Made by a program: the position numbers and the translations under genes. A DNA stretch of 59,904 nucleotides, the filler included. It is 6 parts of 6 records of this genome, joined end to end, with 100 filler letters (N's around TTAATTAATTAA, not from the genome) between each part and the next. Parts side by side here need not be neighbours in the genome. Positions count along the whole stretch, not along the records: positions 53,939 to 59,904 come from DRR723986_5565; 5 more parts are not named here. The stretch is one strand, 5' to 3'. This document shows, one piece after another, positions 59,053-59,904 of the stretch (position 1 is the stretch's first letter; every line of letters starts with the position of its first letter). The notes beneath the pieces were generated by a model. That model did not search any database. It was not told the DNA's origin and was given only the letters and a program-made list of their open reading frames with translations.

Positions 59053-59157
59053 GGTGGCTCCTTCTGCGCAGGGGCAGTGTGACGTGGCGTTGCAGGTTTT
59101 GCACGCGTCGAATCGACATAAGCTGGTGGAAATTCGCCCTTTTTTAAAGGAGAGGCC

Positions 59158-59634
59158 ATGACCACCCCCATTTGGCCCCAACCCCAGTTTCAGCCCCGCT
59201 GCGCTGATTATCAGGCCCGGGTTGCAGATAGTTTTGCCAAACAGGGCCTGATGGCGGGGTTTGGCGCGCAGCTGGCGCAGGTGGCGCCGGGGCTGGTGGC
59301 GATCACCATGCCGTTTTCCCCGGGCGTGACCCAGCAGCACGGCTTTTTGCATGGCGGCGCTGTGGCGGCGGTGCTCGATAGCGCCTGCGGCTATGCGGGC
59401 TTTACGCTGATGGATGCGAAAAGCGCGGTTTTGACAGCAGAATTCAAGATCAATTTTCTGGCCCCCGCCCAAGGGCACAGTTTTCGCTTTGTGGGGCAGG
59501 TGATAAAGGCCGGGCGCAGTTTGCTGCCAACTGAGGGGCGCGCCTATGCGCTGGCCGATGATGGGCAAGAAAAGCTGATTGCCACGATGAGCTGCACCTT
59601 GATGGCGGTGCGTGGGCGCGGGCTGCAAGGCTAA
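59158..59634 (+). CDS. PaaI family thioesterase
   Basis: QQHGFLHGG...LDSACG and EFKINFLAP. Confidence 0.88.
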   Translation: MTTPIWPQPQFQPRCADYQARVADSFAKQGLMAGFGAQLAQVAPGLVAITMPFSPGVTQQHGFLHGGAVAAVLDSACGYAGFTLMDAKSAVLTAEFKINFLAPAQGHSFRFVGQVIKAGRSLLPTEGRAYALADDGQEKLIATMSCTLMAVRGRGLQG

Positions 59635-59636
59635 AG

Positions 59637-59662
59637 AAAACCCCCGCCCAAAGGGGCGGGGG
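59637..59662 (-). terminator. hairpin terminator between convergent genes
   Basis: CCCCCGCCC-AAAG-GGGCGGGGG followed by TTTT on the minus strand. Confidence 0.6.
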
Positions 59663-59687
59663 CTGGGTGTTGCAAAGGGCTGTGCGT

Positions 59688-59904
59688 TTAGGCGCGGGCT
59701 TGGTTGTGCTTGCGCGCGACGTAATCCTTGGCGGTGTCAACAGCCACGGCCGCATCGCGGCAATAGGCATCGGCGCCGATGGCTTTGCCGAATTCCTCGT
59801 TCAGGGGCGCGCCGCCGACCAAAACGATATATTCATCGCGCATGCCTTTTTCGACCAGCGTGTCGATCACCACTTTCATGTAAGGCATGGTGGTGGTCAG
59901 CAGG
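59688..59904 (-). CDS. B12-binding corrinoid protein (split methionine synthase/MtbC-like), C-terminal fragment
   Basis: LLTTTMPYMK...VLVGGAP...IGADAYCRDA. Confidence 0.85.
   Translation of the reverse strand, partial: LLTTTMPYMKVVIDTLVEKGMRDEYIVLVGGAPLNEEFGKAIGADAYCRDAAVAVDTAKDYVARKHNQARA

Noticed and set aside
58417-59628. 403-aa version of the DUF1638 ORF
   Set aside because: The N-terminal extension is antisense to the PaaI gene; the real start is most likely the ATG at 59052

Overview
The window is not one locus. It is six contigs joined by 100-bp N spacers that each contain a TTAATTAATTAA linker, so adjacency across the joins means nothing. (1) 1-14125: Rhodobacteraceae-like housekeeping DNA (NMT1-type SBP, amtB-glnK with an NtrC box, PBP1A, mlaC/mlaA, a type I secretion ABC/HlyD pair, gyrB, lysE-type, recF, partial dnaN). 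(2) 14226-21707: very GC-rich; lytic transglycosylase, a three-gene two-component cassette and a TPP enzyme. (3) 21808-38044: an IclR-controlled catabolic island for an unknown substrate, with paired PcaR-like boxes at its promoters. (4) 38145-44962: a compositionally foreign 6.8-kb mobile element bounded by long inverted repeats with a dif-like tip. It encodes XRE, two SymE-like proteins, a CHC2-Toprim-P-loop primase/helicase, a putative iteron origin, two tandem tyrosine recombinases and hicBA. It also carries a cas-less, degenerate 3-repeat/2-spacer CRISPR-like mini-array fused to the 3' end of the XRE gene, and a strong excess of GTTAAC. This is the most interesting part. (5) 45063-53838: xylose catabolism (xylF, xylR, galM-type, xylA, xylB) with an embedded CRTAC1-type protein and a di-heme peroxidase. 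(6) 53939-59904: a GT4 fragment, a small wHTH gene, a nonsense-interrupted MASE1-like gene, an unannotated 55-aa lasso/paeninodin-like precursor ORF, a hydrolase-P450 pair, and DUF1638/PaaI/corrinoid genes. All calls come from reading the sequence; no searches were run.
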